DNA of 59,231 nt from an uncultured delta proteobacterium (lineage in GTDB: Bacteria; Desulfobacterota; Binatia; Bin18), in the NCBI GenBank assembly GCA_963733195.1, contig CAVTCR010000025.1, positions 1 to 59,231 of the forward strand, read 5' to 3'. A program made the position numbers and the translations under genes. Each line of letters opens with the position of its first letter. The stretch's first letter is position 1. This document shows, piece after piece, positions 1-9,886 of this stretch. The notes beneath the pieces were generated by a model, which was not told the DNA's origin, did no database searches, and was given only the letters and a program-made list of their open reading frames with translations.

Positions 1-98
1 GCAAAATCTTGATCGAAAGGACAATTGATGAAGACCGACCTTGCAACCTCGGCTTGCAGGGGGCCCTGGCCAAAATGTTCTCGCGTACTTTGCGCCAC
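1..98 (-). CDS. 5' part of hypothetical protein with 'SVFINCPFD' N-terminal motif (TIR/nucleoside-deoxyribosyltransferase-like fold suspected); runs off the window
   Basis: Manual translation from GTG at 98: MAQSTREHFGQGPLQAEVARSVFINCPFDQDF; starts 11 nt after the TIR gene stop; not in ORF track. Confidence 0.65.
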   Translation of the reverse strand, partial: MAQSTREHFGQGPLQAEVARSVFINCPFDQDF

Positions 99-109
99 GT
101 ACTTGTCCG

Positions 110-661
110 CTATGACTCCTGAAGCTTCATCGCTTGCGCAGCCCTCTCAATATACTGGAGCCGTTCCCTACGCTTCGCCGGGTCTTCTTCTTCAACAGTG
201 ATGAGATCTCGTGCTTGAGGTTCTTCATCTTTCAAGAGGCAGATCAACGCCTTGACTGCGCGATCCCAATCCCGGCGCGGGTCTCTTACTCTTAGCCCTT
301 GCTTGCTTGACAGAAAACTTGGCAACTCAGCATTCTGCAGTAGAACAGGAATCAAGCGCTTCTCTGAGTTCTCCCATTCCGACTCCAAGGCTGCTCGCCA
401 TTCAAACTGCTGCTGCCGATCAGGCTCACCCTTGGGACCCACGATGACGATGACAGCATCGGCAGATTGGATCGCGTGTTCAACTTCTCGTTGCTCCTGG
501 GTGCTGGGAATCGGGTTCTCGCCAGTCGTGGGCAATAGGGAGGTTACGATCTTTGTCGAGAAAGGCTTTAACCCGTGAGTAGCCAACTCCGAGACCACGT
601 TGTCCGCGAGTTTACTATACCGCGGAGGGTACGAAACGAAAACTCTTTTAACATCGCCCAT
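110..661 (-). CDS. Stand-alone TIR domain protein (TIR_2-like)
   Basis: VFVSY start motif, AIQSADAVIVIVG, QQFEW (putative catalytic Glu), RLIPVLL...LPSFL are typical of bacterial TIR domains. Confidence 0.85.
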   Translation of the reverse strand: MGDVKRVFVSYPPRYSKLADNVVSELATHGLKPFSTKIVTSLLPTTGENPIPSTQEQREVEHAIQSADAVIVIVGPKGEPDRQQQFEWRAALESEWENSEKRLIPVLLQNAELPSFLSSKQGLRVRDPRRDWDRAVKALICLLKDEEPQARDLITVEEEDPAKRRERLQYIERAAQAMKLQES

Positions 662-835
662 AAGGAAACCTCATCTCTCTAGCGTAACGATGCCAGACTT
701 CTCGAGCGTTCGATGAATAACCTTAACAGTGTGGTTTACTCTACGCTAGTTATAAAGGCGTTCGTACCGAGGTCTTTGCAAGATAGTGTGTAAAATAAAC
801 AAGCAGCGATATGCTCTCGGATGACGTTGTCTGCT

Positions 836-3800
836 TCAGGTTAACTCTTCCAACAATGCCTTCGCCTCTTGCAAGTCTTTGGTGTCAAAGCCTTCGGTGA
901 ACCAGTGGTAGACCTCTGCCAACAACTGGTGAGCCTCGGTTCTTCTTGCCCTGTTGCTGCCAGAGCCGAGCGAGGCTCGTTGTGGCGCGAAGCTCCCAGG
1001 ACTTGGCTTGTTGCTGTCGGGCGATCTCAATGGCCTTGAGAAAACACGCCACGGCCTCCGCCTCTACTTGGGGGTTGGGTGTTAGGGGTTGGGGCTTGGT
1101 AATTTTTGACTTTTGGCTTTTGACTTTTGATTTTTGACTTTTCCTGCCTGAAGCGTCAGCTCGCCTTTCAGCCGATATAACTCGGCCTCGCCGAAGCGCA
1201 TCCCAGTTTTGTCTATCCTCGCCGATGCCTCGGCCAGCAGGGCCAGCCCTTTCTCCGCCTGTCCCGCTTTCGCATACGTCGCGGCCAGCGAGGGTAGCCA
1301 ACGTATCGGTCCCCCTTCAGTCCCCGTAGCCCGGCAGGCAGCCAGGCCCTCCTCCAGCTGCGCAATGCCCTCTTCCACCTGCCCCTGCTCGGCCAGCGCC
1401 CAGCCTCGCAGCATGGTCCCATACGCCAGCCAGAACGCAAACCCCTGCTCGGTGGAGAGCCTTACCATCGCTTCGGTCCGCTCTTGTACCCGTTGCCTGT
1501 CTCGGCGCCATTGGTGCAAGACAGCAGTCGCCCAAAGGGCAACAGCTTCATCAAAGGGAGAAGCCACCTCCTGGGCCAAGACAAGGGCTTGCTGAACTCT
1601 GCCGAGGGCTTGGTCTGGATACCCGAACAACCACAAGTTCCAGGCCATAAAGGTTAAGCACACGACCCCAGGGTCCTCCCCGGCGCAGAGAAAAGTCAGG
1701 GAGCGATGGTGTTGGGGATCGTAAAGGGCAATGACCTGTTCCAGATGGGTCTGGGATTGAGCCAGCTCTCCGCGCCAGTGTAAAGCCTTCCCCAGCGCAT
1801 CATGGGCCATCAGGAGCACCTCGGGGGCGTGGCGGTTCTGGGCGAGGGTGAGCAACTCCTCTCCCAACTCGCACACGGTCTGGAATTCCGCCCGATTCAG
1901 GTGAAATTGCCACAGCCCCCCCAGCGCAGTGAAGAGCTGCGGGGTCTCCCCCACTTGCCGGCACAACTCACGCGCGCGGCTGTAGGTGTGTTCGACTTCC
2001 CGTGACGCATAGCCTTTGGTAATTAACTGCGAGGCGCCCAAAGTCAGTTGGAGCGTGAGTTCTTGATGGACGCGCTCGGGGGTGTCGGGCAGAGTTTTGA
2101 GGAGATCTAGCCCTTTGATGAGAAGGCTGATCGCTTCCTGATGAGCAGAGCGCCGCCTTGCATTCTCGCCCGCTTGGTGCAGATAGTGAATGGCACGCTT
2201 GGTATCCCGCCCCCGCTCAAAGTGCACGGCCAGTTCGGCCGCAATCTCTCGTGCCTGAGTCCCATACGCCGCCTCCGTCCTCTCCCCAAGCAACCGATGC
2301 AGACGGCTACGCCGTGCCGCCGGGATGCGCTCGTATAATACCTCTTGATACAAGGCATGCAGAAATTGATAGCGGGCCGTCACCGTCCCATCCGGCCACT
2401 CTGCCGGCGCTCGCGTTCGTAGAAACTGCTCCCGTCTCACCAGGGCCTCACACCGCGCCTCTACGGTCTCTGGAAGTTGCTCCACGCCCGCGGCCACCGC
2501 CGCGGCGGAGAACTCTGCCCCGGCTACGCTCGCCGCTTCTAAGACCTCACACGCTTCAGGGCTGACCCGCTCAATCTGTTGCTCAATTAACTGCCGCAGG
2601 TTTGCCGGCGTCCCTAACGTGTGCTCGCTCACCTCTCTGCGCAGCTCCCATTCCCCATTGGTCTTTGCCAACACGCCTTGAGCAACCAAATCGTTGAGCA
2701 CATTGACCATGAACAACGGATTGCCATCCGTGCGCCGGTGAATGACGTGCGCTAGTTTTGCTACGAATCCGGCGACAAAAGGTTCCCTCTTCCCTTGTGG
2801 GAGAGGGTCAGGGCGAAGGGATCGCCCGTCGTGCTCTCGGTGTGACGCCCCTCCATCCTGACCTTTCCCCGCACGGGAGGAGGGAACATGAAACCTCACT
2901 ACTAGATACTCGGCGACATCCCCTTCCGTGAGAAAGTCCAGGGCTAACTCCTCACAGCGTCCGTGGAGCTGCAACTCCTGCTTGACTCCCTTCAGCGGAT
3001 GGTCACGGGTCAACACTTCCACCGGGCGATACGTGCCGACGATCAGGAAGCGGGCCGTCTCTTGACGGCGGGCCAGCATGGAGAGCAAATCCAGGGTCGA
3101 CACATCGCTCCAGTGCAAGTCTTCGAGGACCAACACTAAGGGGTGCTCGGCCGTGAGCACTTCCAACGCCTCAGCGAATTCCCGTAGCATCCGCTCGCGC
3201 GTCACGCCTGCTGTCCGCCGCTGCAGCTCCTCCAGCTGTTCAGTACTGAGTAGGGACGGCAGCTGCACCAACCAACTCGGGGCATGCTGCCGCAGCACGG
3301 CAATGATGTCGTTTCCGTACTGTTGGCGACACAGCCGCCCCAACGCTTCCAGCACTGGCAAATAAACTTCGCCCGCCCCGTAGTGTTCAATACATTGCCC
3401 CCCACCTACCCATACCATTTGGTGCCAAGGATTTGGAGCTGAGGGACTAGGTGAGGAAACTCTTATGTTTGCTCTTTGACTTTTGCGTGCTTTGAACTTT
3501 TGACTTTCTTCTTGGTCTCGAACCCCGGCTACAAATGTCTCCAGAAGAGCAGTCTTGCCAATCCCCGCCTCGCCGGTGACAAAGACGAGCTGGCGTTTGC
3601 CGCTCAGCGCTTTATCGAACCACCTGTGGAGTTGCGCGAGTTCGGGTTTACGTCCGACCAGAGGAGTTGTCAGGTGCCAGTCCCCAGCTGCCAGTTGAGG
3701 ACTTCTTGTTCCTACCGTGTCTATATTAGAAACTGAGAACTGACGACTGGTAACTGGCTGGGCAGTGACAGCGTGGCGGAAGCGAAACCCGCGTCGGTGC

Positions 3801-4078
3801 ACGGTCTCAATATACCGCGGCTTCTTCGCGTTATCGTGTAACGCTTGCCGCACTTCTTGAATACACGAGCTCAATGCCGCATCACTGACGACGGCGTCAG
3901 ACCACACGGCCTGAAAGAACTCTTCTTTCGTCACTACCTGCCCAGCCCGCTCAACCAGATGGCGGAGCACAGCGATCGCTTTTCCAGTCAATCTCACTTC
4001 CTGTTTGTCTCTCCACAGCTGCCCCGTGTGAGGGTCCCATCGATAGGGACCAAAGGTAAGTAAGTGATATGATTGCAT
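836..4078 (-). CDS. wHTH (OmpR/PhoB-type) + AAA/STAND ATPase + TPR transcriptional regulator; two frameshifts near the C-terminus
   Basis: FGPYRWD...YIETVHRRGFRF wHTH; Walker A GEAGIGKT; Walker B LVLEDLHWSD; TDGNPLF; C-terminal ...ELRATTSLARLW and WFTEGFDTKDLQEAKALL recovered in ORFs 885-1301 and 836-1030; ATG at 4078. Confidence 0.9.
2782..2887. repeat. Palindromic REP/MITE-like element inserted inside the STAND regulator without breaking the frame
   Basis: About 40-bp imperfect inverted repeats gttccctcttcccttgtgggagagggtcaggg / cctgacctttccccgcacgggaggagggaac; encodes ...PSSRAGKGQDGG...PDPLPQGKRE. Confidence 0.7.
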
Positions 4079-4104
4079 TTTCTGCTCGCCCCGCGTCCTG
4101 AAGT

Positions 4105-4133
4105 AATCCCAAACAAATCCCAGGGTTTTCCCA
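4105..4133 (+). promoter_or_regulatory. Three 11-bp-periodic direct repeats (AATCCCA, AATCCCA, TTTCCCA): putative wHTH operator
   Basis: Near-identical array at 28475-28503, at the same 27-nt offset from the ATG of another wHTH regulator. Confidence 0.7.
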
Positions 4134-4214
4134 AGACTTCGGCCGGCCGTGCTCGTATTTTCCTGACACACAACGTGCCTGATTGCAAGCGAAAGGCCGA
4201 GACGGAGCCAGAGC

Positions 4215-4445
4215 ATGCCACAGCAGCACACTGAACAATCCCCGTTGTCAGTCCACCGTGCCTTTGTTGTCCACTTCCGCCTGAGCACGACCCTCGCAGG
4301 GGGTCCGATTGAGGGACGGGTCGAGCATGTGGTGTCCGGACAATCCACCCATTTCGACTCGCTGGAGGAGCTGTTGGGATTTATGGCACGGGTGCTGGCC
4401 TCGGTGCGTGCCCCACCGCGCCGGAGATCGAGCAGCGGCGACTAA
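4215..4445 (+). CDS. Small conserved-looking hypothetical protein (76 aa) divergent from STAND regulator
   Basis: GGAG upstream; RAFVVHFR...GRVEHVVSG...HFDSLEELLGF pattern that I recall from small proteins next to such regulators. Confidence 0.75.
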   Translation: MPQQHTEQSPLSVHRAFVVHFRLSTTLAGGPIEGRVEHVVSGQSTHFDSLEELLGFMARVLASVRAPPRRRSSSGD

Positions 4446-4483
4446 GCAAAATGGACTCTAAACACCTCAGGAAGGAGAAGATT

Positions 4484-4909
4484 ATGAAACGGGCTATCAC
4501 GTTAGTAGTGTTCGTCACTTCTTTCGTCGGCTTGCTTGTCCTGGGACCCGTGTCCCGGGTGCAGGCGGGACAATGCTCAAACGCCAGCATCAAAGGCAGC
4601 TATGGGTTCTCCTGCGAGGGCACTGTCGTCGGGGTCGGCCCTATCGCTGTGGTTGCTCTGTTCACCGCCGACGGGAATGGCAAAGGTTCCGCAATTGAAA
4701 CTACCAGCCTTAACGGCGAAATCACCACCGAAGTCCCCTTTACGGTCTCCTATACCGTGAATGCGGACTGCACCGGCTCTTTCGAGAGTACCGCACCCGA
4801 CGGCACTGTCTTCGACAACTATTTCGTGCTTGACGACAACAAGAAAGAGATGCGCCTCATCCCAACCGTACCTGGGCTCGTGGCCGTCTGTATCTTCAGG
4901 AAGCAGTAG
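4484..4909 (+). CDS. Secreted beta-rich hypothetical protein
   Basis: RBS AGGAG, signal peptide MKRAITLVVF...VQA, CSNASIKGSYGF and YTVNADCTG motifs. Confidence 0.85.
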   Translation: MKRAITLVVFVTSFVGLLVLGPVSRVQAGQCSNASIKGSYGFSCEGTVVGVGPIAVVALFTADGNGKGSAIETTSLNGEITTEVPFTVSYTVNADCTGSFESTAPDGTVFDNYFVLDDNKKEMRLIPTVPGLVAVCIFRKQ

Positions 4910-5046
4910 CGGGGGAAAGGCGCGGGGGGCACTTCACCGGAGGAGTGGCGAGATCACAGGGACGATCATCCCTACCAAGTAACGTCCCAGGAGATTGAAA
5001 GGTACAGCTAGAACCTCTCCTCCAGCTTCCCCGCAAAGGATCAGGA

Positions 5047-5072
5047 GTAGGGTGGGTCACGATCCACCCTAC
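5047..5072. repeat. GTAG-type REP-like hairpin
   Basis: gtagggtgggtcacgatccaccctac. Confidence 0.55.
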
Positions 5073-5089
5073 AAGGCGTTTTCATCACT

Positions 5090-5184
5090 TGGATGAATTG
5101 CTGGACGTGTTCGCGAACAAAGTCTTCTAAGTGCTCCCAGGTCCTGCTGGCCTTCGGTTCTGGTGTGGTGGTCTTTTGCGCCAT
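5090..5184 (-). pseudogene. IS256-family transposase N-terminal remnant
   Basis: AGGAG RBS then MAQKTTTPEPKASRTWEHLEDFVREHVQQFIQ, located just inside the IS256-type end. Confidence 0.6.
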
Positions 5185-5321
5185 GGCGTCTCTCCTTCTC
5201 TGCCCAGGCATTGAGCCTGATGGGTTAAGTCACCCGAGAGGATATGCTGCCCAACTCGCATTTACACACCTTCCGAAGTTACCTCTTTCGTACCTACTTT
5301 CATCCTCAGGCAATGAGACCG

Positions 5322-6188
5322 TCACGATTTCTTTGACACGTCGATCATTCGCTCCTCATCTCGCCAACGTTGTACGACATCAGGGATATCTAATACCTGC
5401 AAGAGGGACTCGGTCAAATCATACGTCCGGTCATCTAATCCAGCACGGGCGATACTATCCCTCAGTCCACTGAACACTGCGTTTCCCATCATAAAAGCAT
5501 ACGCATCAGCTGGGATTTGCACCGTAGACTGGCTGTGACCATACGCCTGCTCACATACATCGCGACGCAGAGAGTTCCATCCGCGGCATTTAAGCGGCCG
5601 CGCAGCATAGGCCATGCACTGATTGTTTTGTAAGAGCGCACAAGGGATCGGTGGCTTGGGAGAAGGTGTAGCAATGCTTCTCCGACTCTGCTGCTGCCGA
5701 TCTGCGAGTCGTTTGCGTAAGGCTTCGATCTCGTCTGCTGAACAATGTGCCTGAAGCCAATCTGCTAAATACACAGCTTCTGCTGCAGTCACTAATACGG
5801 TAGGGACATAGCAGCAAAATGCGCATCCCGCCTGACATGCCCGCTGCGCCGTTTCCGGCGATTGGCTGATCATGGTATCCGCCCAAGCATGCGCATTATT
5901 CACCAAAGTGGTGACATGTTCGGCTTCCTTTCCCGCCTGCAAAATAGCCGTCGCATCATGATATTCCGCCGCGTACACTGCTAACTCCTCACCAGCCTCA
6001 GGAGGCAATCCCTGAGCCACGAGGGTAGCGATCAGTTGCTGCACCTTCTCTGGTGCGGTCTGTTGCTGAAGTTGTCGTTTGATCGCGGCTATGTCTAAGT
6101 GCGACGAGGATACACTCCCCTCAGTCTCAGCGTTTGTTGCCTTTTTTCGTGCTTCTCTCTCTTGTCGTCGTCGTTCCGCGCGATTCAT
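5322..6188 (-). CDS. YkgJ family cysteine-cluster protein
   Basis: CQAGCAFCC and CALLQNNQCMAYAARPLKCR motifs; ATG 6188 after GAGG. Confidence 0.85.
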   Translation of the reverse strand: MNRAERRRQEREARKKATNAETEGSVSSSHLDIAAIKRQLQQQTAPEKVQQLIATLVAQGLPPEAGEELAVYAAEYHDATAILQAGKEAEHVTTLVNNAHAWADTMISQSPETAQRACQAGCAFCCYVPTVLVTAAEAVYLADWLQAHCSADEIEALRKRLADRQQQSRRSIATPSPKPPIPCALLQNNQCMAYAARPLKCRGWNSLRRDVCEQAYGHSQSTVQIPADAYAFMMGNAVFSGLRDSIARAGLDDRTYDLTESLLQVLDIPDVVQRWRDEERMIDVSKKS

Positions 6189-6338
6189 AGATTCCTCACA
6201 AAAACACTCCTTCACGGCAATCTTCGGTCTCCTTCCCTATCAAGCAACACCGGCGAAACCAACGGTAGGGAACTTTCATCTGATCTAATGGGTTGATATA
6301 TCGATTCTTACCGGCAGTACTGCAAGCAAGAGGTGAGA

Positions 6339-7319
6339 ATGCATACCGCGATCGTCCCCTTTGCCCACCGGGTCCAGCAAGAAGGAAAACACTTGAGTCG
6401 AGTCGCCCTCGACACCGTCCAGATCAATGTCGGCAAGCTGTGTAACCAGGCCTGCCTCCATTGTCATGTTGAAGCCGGACCGAAACGCACCGAGATTATG
6501 GAGCGGCAGACTGCCGAACTCGCTCTTGATTTTATTCGCGCTGCCGCTTCACAGACAGTAGATATCACGGGTGGTGCGCCGGAGCTCAATCCGTCTTTTC
6601 GTTGGCTAGTAGAACAAGCTCGACGTGACGGGCGACATGTTATCGATCGTTGCAATCTCACGATTCTTCTCGAACCTGGCCAGGAGGATTTACTACAGTT
6701 TCTTGCGACGATGCAGGTGGAAATTGTTGCCAGTCTTCCTTGTTACTCAGAAGAGAATGTCACCAAACAACGTGGCCAAGGCGTGTATGATAAGTCAATC
6801 GAAGCCTTACGGCGTCTCAATGCGATTGGTTACGGCAAAGCAAGCTCAGGGCTGACTCTCAATTTAGTCTACAATCCAGTGGGGGCTCACCTTCCACCAC
6901 CACAAGCGAAATTGGAAGATGATTATAAGCGAGAATTAGGCGCCCGATTTGGTCTCGAATTCAACCATCTCTACACCATCACCAACATGCCGATCGCTCG
7001 CTTTGCGCACACCCTTCAACGCGATGGGAAAGCAGAGTCGTACATGGAGCTGCTTGCGAGTTCATTCAATCCGACAACCATTGAGGGGCTCATGTGTCGC
7101 CGTCAGATCAGCATTTCCTGGGACGGGTATGTATATGATTGCGACTTCAACCAAATGCTCGACATGAAAGTCGGCAATGGCAAACCATTTCGGTTAGGTG
7201 AGAAGCCTGCGCTCGAGCTTGTCCGCTTGTTACAAACAAGAGATATTCTCGTCAACTCACACTGTTACGGGTGTACGGCTGGCGCGGGCTCAAGCTGCGG
7301 CGGAAGTTTGCAATCATAG
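6339..7319 (+). CDS. arsS: ArsS-like radical SAM / Cys-rich (DUF3641) protein
   Basis: CNQACLHC radical SAM motif, DITGGAPE, YDCDFNQML, C-terminal HCYGCTAGAGSSCGG. Confidence 0.88.
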   Translation: MHTAIVPFAHRVQQEGKHLSRVALDTVQINVGKLCNQACLHCHVEAGPKRTEIMERQTAELALDFIRAAASQTVDITGGAPELNPSFRWLVEQARRDGRHVIDRCNLTILLEPGQEDLLQFLATMQVEIVASLPCYSEENVTKQRGQGVYDKSIEALRRLNAIGYGKASSGLTLNLVYNPVGAHLPPPQAKLEDDYKRELGARFGLEFNHLYTITNMPIARFAHTLQRDGKAESYMELLASSFNPTTIEGLMCRRQISISWDGYVYDCDFNQMLDMKVGNGKPFRLGEKPALELVRLLQTRDILVNSHCYGCTAGAGSSCGGSLQS

Positions 7320-7478
7320 CCTCCACCCGATGCTGAAGCTCCGGCCCGCAACTGTACAAGTCTCGTGTGGTTCGATTGAGATTTCTGTCCCGCCTTTTCC
7401 CCATTCATCGTTTGTTCCGCGTTGGACTCCACGATACTGCAATTGCTATAACTAAAAGACAGTGAGGAAGGGGGACTC

Positions 7479-9542
7479 ATGGCTACAACACAACCGCTCG
7501 ATCAGTTATCCATAAACACTATCCGCACACTCTCTATGGACGCCGTCCAACAGGCGAATTCCGGGCATCCCGGAACCGCCATGGCTCTGGCTCCGGTCGT
7601 CTATAGTCTGTGGCAGCAGTTCTTGCGCTTCGACCCAAACGATCCTATTTGGCCTAATCGTGACCGCTTTGTTCTTTCCATCGGGCACGCTTCGATGCTG
7701 CTCTATTCCATGTTGCATTTGACGAGTGTCAAAGCTGTCAACCCCAAGTATGAAACACTTGGACAACTCTCTGTGACGCTGGACGACATCAAGCGTTTCC
7801 GCCAGCTCGATAGCAAAACTCCCGGACATCCTGAGTATCGTTGGACCTCAGGCGTTGAGACAACAACCGGTCCACTGGGGCAAGGAGTGGCAACCAGCGT
7901 AGGAATGGCTCTTGCCGGACGGTGGATGGCGCAGTATTTCAATCGTCCCAACTTTGACCTGTTCAATTATCGCGTCTATGCACTCTGCGGTGACGGCTGC
8001 ATGATGGAGGGCGTCTCCGGAGAAGCCGCCTCGATTGCTGGTCACTTGAAGTTATCAAATCTGTGCTGGATCTACGATAACAACCGCATCACCATCGAGG
8101 GGAACACCAGTTGGGCATTTAGTGATGATGTCGCAACGCGCTTCATCGGGTATGGTTGGAACGTGACCCGCGTTGGCGATGCCAACGATCTGGAGATGCT
8201 CGCACGTGCGTTCACGACGTTTAAGAATACAACTGACCGCCCTACCCTGATCATCGTTGATAGTCACATTGCCTACGGTGCACCAAACAAACAAGACACT
8301 CATGCAGCCCATGGTGAACCTCTTGGTGAAGAAGAAATTAAACTGACAAAACGAAATTATAATTGGCCGGAAGAGGCGAAGTTTCTTGTCCCAGACGGCG
8401 TGTACGACCACTTTCAGCAAGGGATGGGCAAACGCGGGCATGAACTGCGCGAAGCGTGGATGGCAAATTTCAAAGAGTATCAAGCACACTATCCCGAGCT
8501 CGCAGATCAACTCTACAAAATGCAGCATCGTAAGCTTCCGGATGGATGGGACAAGAATCTCCCGGTATTTCCGACCGACCCCAAAGGCGTCGCTGGCCGC
8601 GATGCCTCAGCGCAGATCCTCAATGCCCTGGCAAAGAACGTTCCGTGGCTCATTGGTGGTTCCGCGGATCTCGCTCCCTCGACCAAAACTCGATTGACCT
8701 TTGCAGAGGCAGGAGATCTCACAGCAGAGAATTATGGTGGTCGCAACCTCCACTTCGGTGTGCGTGAGCATGCGATGGCATCGGTCCTTAATGGCCTGTC
8801 GTTATCCAAGGTTCGACCGTACGGGTCGGGCTTTTTGATTTTCAGCGATTATTCGCGACCGGCGATTCGACTCAGTGCACTGATGGAAATTCCAGTGATT
8901 TACATTTTCACCCACGACTCCATCGGTGTTGGTGAAGATGGTCCAACTCACCAGCCAATCGAACAGCTCGCTTCCTTGCGAGCTATTCCTGGGTTGATTA
9001 CGTTACGTCCGGGCGATGCGAATGAAACAGCTGAAGCGTGGCGTGTGATTATGCAATTACATCATGAACCCGCTACGATTGTCTTGAGCCGTCAAGCACT
9101 TCCCACTATCGATCGCACGAAATACGGCGCGGCTTCCGGCGTCGCGCGAGGAGCTTATGTTTTAGCCGATGCGGCAAATGGCAAACCGGAAGTAATCCTG
9201 CTCGCCAGCGGCAGTGAAGTCTCGTTGTGCCTACAAGCCTACGAACAGCTCAAGTCGGAAGGTATCAACGCTCGCGTTGTGAGCATGCCCTCGTGGGAAC
9301 TGTTCGAGCATCAAAATCAAGCGTACCGTGTCAGTGTTCTTCCACCTGAGGTCACTGCGCGTGTTGCGGTCGAACAAGCCACAACCTTTGGCTGGGAACG
9401 ATACGTTGGATTGGGTGGTCAAGTAATTGGCATGAAAACTTTCGGTGCGTCTGCTCCACTCAAAGAATTACAGCAGAAATTTGGCTTCACGGCGGCCAAT
9501 GTTGTTGCCGCAGCCAAAGAGCAGATCGCACGGAAAAAGTAG
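7479..9542 (+). CDS. tkt: Transketolase
   Basis: SGHPG, TTGPLGQG, GDGCMMEG, HDSIGVGEDGPTHQP motifs; full length. Confidence 0.97.
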   Translation: MATTQPLDQLSINTIRTLSMDAVQQANSGHPGTAMALAPVVYSLWQQFLRFDPNDPIWPNRDRFVLSIGHASMLLYSMLHLTSVKAVNPKYETLGQLSVTLDDIKRFRQLDSKTPGHPEYRWTSGVETTTGPLGQGVATSVGMALAGRWMAQYFNRPNFDLFNYRVYALCGDGCMMEGVSGEAASIAGHLKLSNLCWIYDNNRITIEGNTSWAFSDDVATRFIGYGWNVTRVGDANDLEMLARAFTTFKNTTDRPTLIIVDSHIAYGAPNKQDTHAAHGEPLGEEEIKLTKRNYNWPEEAKFLVPDGVYDHFQQGMGKRGHELREAWMANFKEYQAHYPELADQLYKMQHRKLPDGWDKNLPVFPTDPKGVAGRDASAQILNALAKNVPWLIGGSADLAPSTKTRLTFAEAGDLTAENYGGRNLHFGVREHAMASVLNGLSLSKVRPYGSGFLIFSDYSRPAIRLSALMEIPVIYIFTHDSIGVGEDGPTHQPIEQLASLRAIPGLITLRPGDANETAEAWRVIMQLHHEPATIVLSRQALPTIDRTKYGAASGVARGAYVLADAANGKPEVILLASGSEVSLCLQAYEQLKSEGINARVVSMPSWELFEHQNQAYRVSVLPPEVTARVAVEQATTFGWERYVGLGGQVIGMKTFGASAPLKELQQKFGFTAANVVAAAKEQIARKK

Positions 9543-9585
9543 CAGGAGGGAGTACAATCCTCTTAAATTGTTTACGGACTCTAAA

Positions 9586-9658
9586 TCCGTTCGTCCTGAG
9601 CCCTTCGACTACACTCAGGATAAACGCCGCTGCGACAGCGGCGAAGTCGAAGGGCGGA
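9586..9658. repeat. REP-like palindromic element (cccttcgactacactcagg type)
   Basis: ccgttcgtcctgagcccttcgactacactcagg...gaagtcgaagggcgg; related core at 23560-23594. Confidence 0.65.
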
Positions 9659-9886
9659 CAAAACTATGCACGACACATCTCATTCAATCCTCCATCCCTG
9701 GCTCTGCCTGGGACGACAGTAGTCAAAAGACTCTGCCTCATATCCGTACCCAGGCAAAGCCTGGGTACGAGAAGATCTCATTTTCGGGGAGATTGCTTCG
9801 TCTCTCGTGGCTCCTCGCAGTGACAAAACTTTCACCCTCCTCATGCCGCCGAAAAGTTGCTACATTACAAATCTTCAGGAGGGACT

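Larger units (their letters stand above)
769..5285 (-). mobile_element. IS256-derived non-autonomous cargo element
   Basis: Inward-facing ends GAGGTCTTTGCAAGATAGTGTGTAAA (769+) and GAGGTAACTTCGGAAGGTGTGTAAA (5285-); TTCGTACC duplicated at 761-768 and 5287-5294; IS256-like transposase start remnant at 5184. Confidence 0.75.

Noticed and set aside
1082-4348. ORF-track N-terminal 90 aa of the STAND regulator
   Set aside because: Overlaps the operator and the divergent 76-aa gene; the wHTH begins at ATG 4078
7290-7319. Selenocysteine in the ArsS-like C-terminus
   Set aside because: The GSSC codon is TGC; no in-frame TGA
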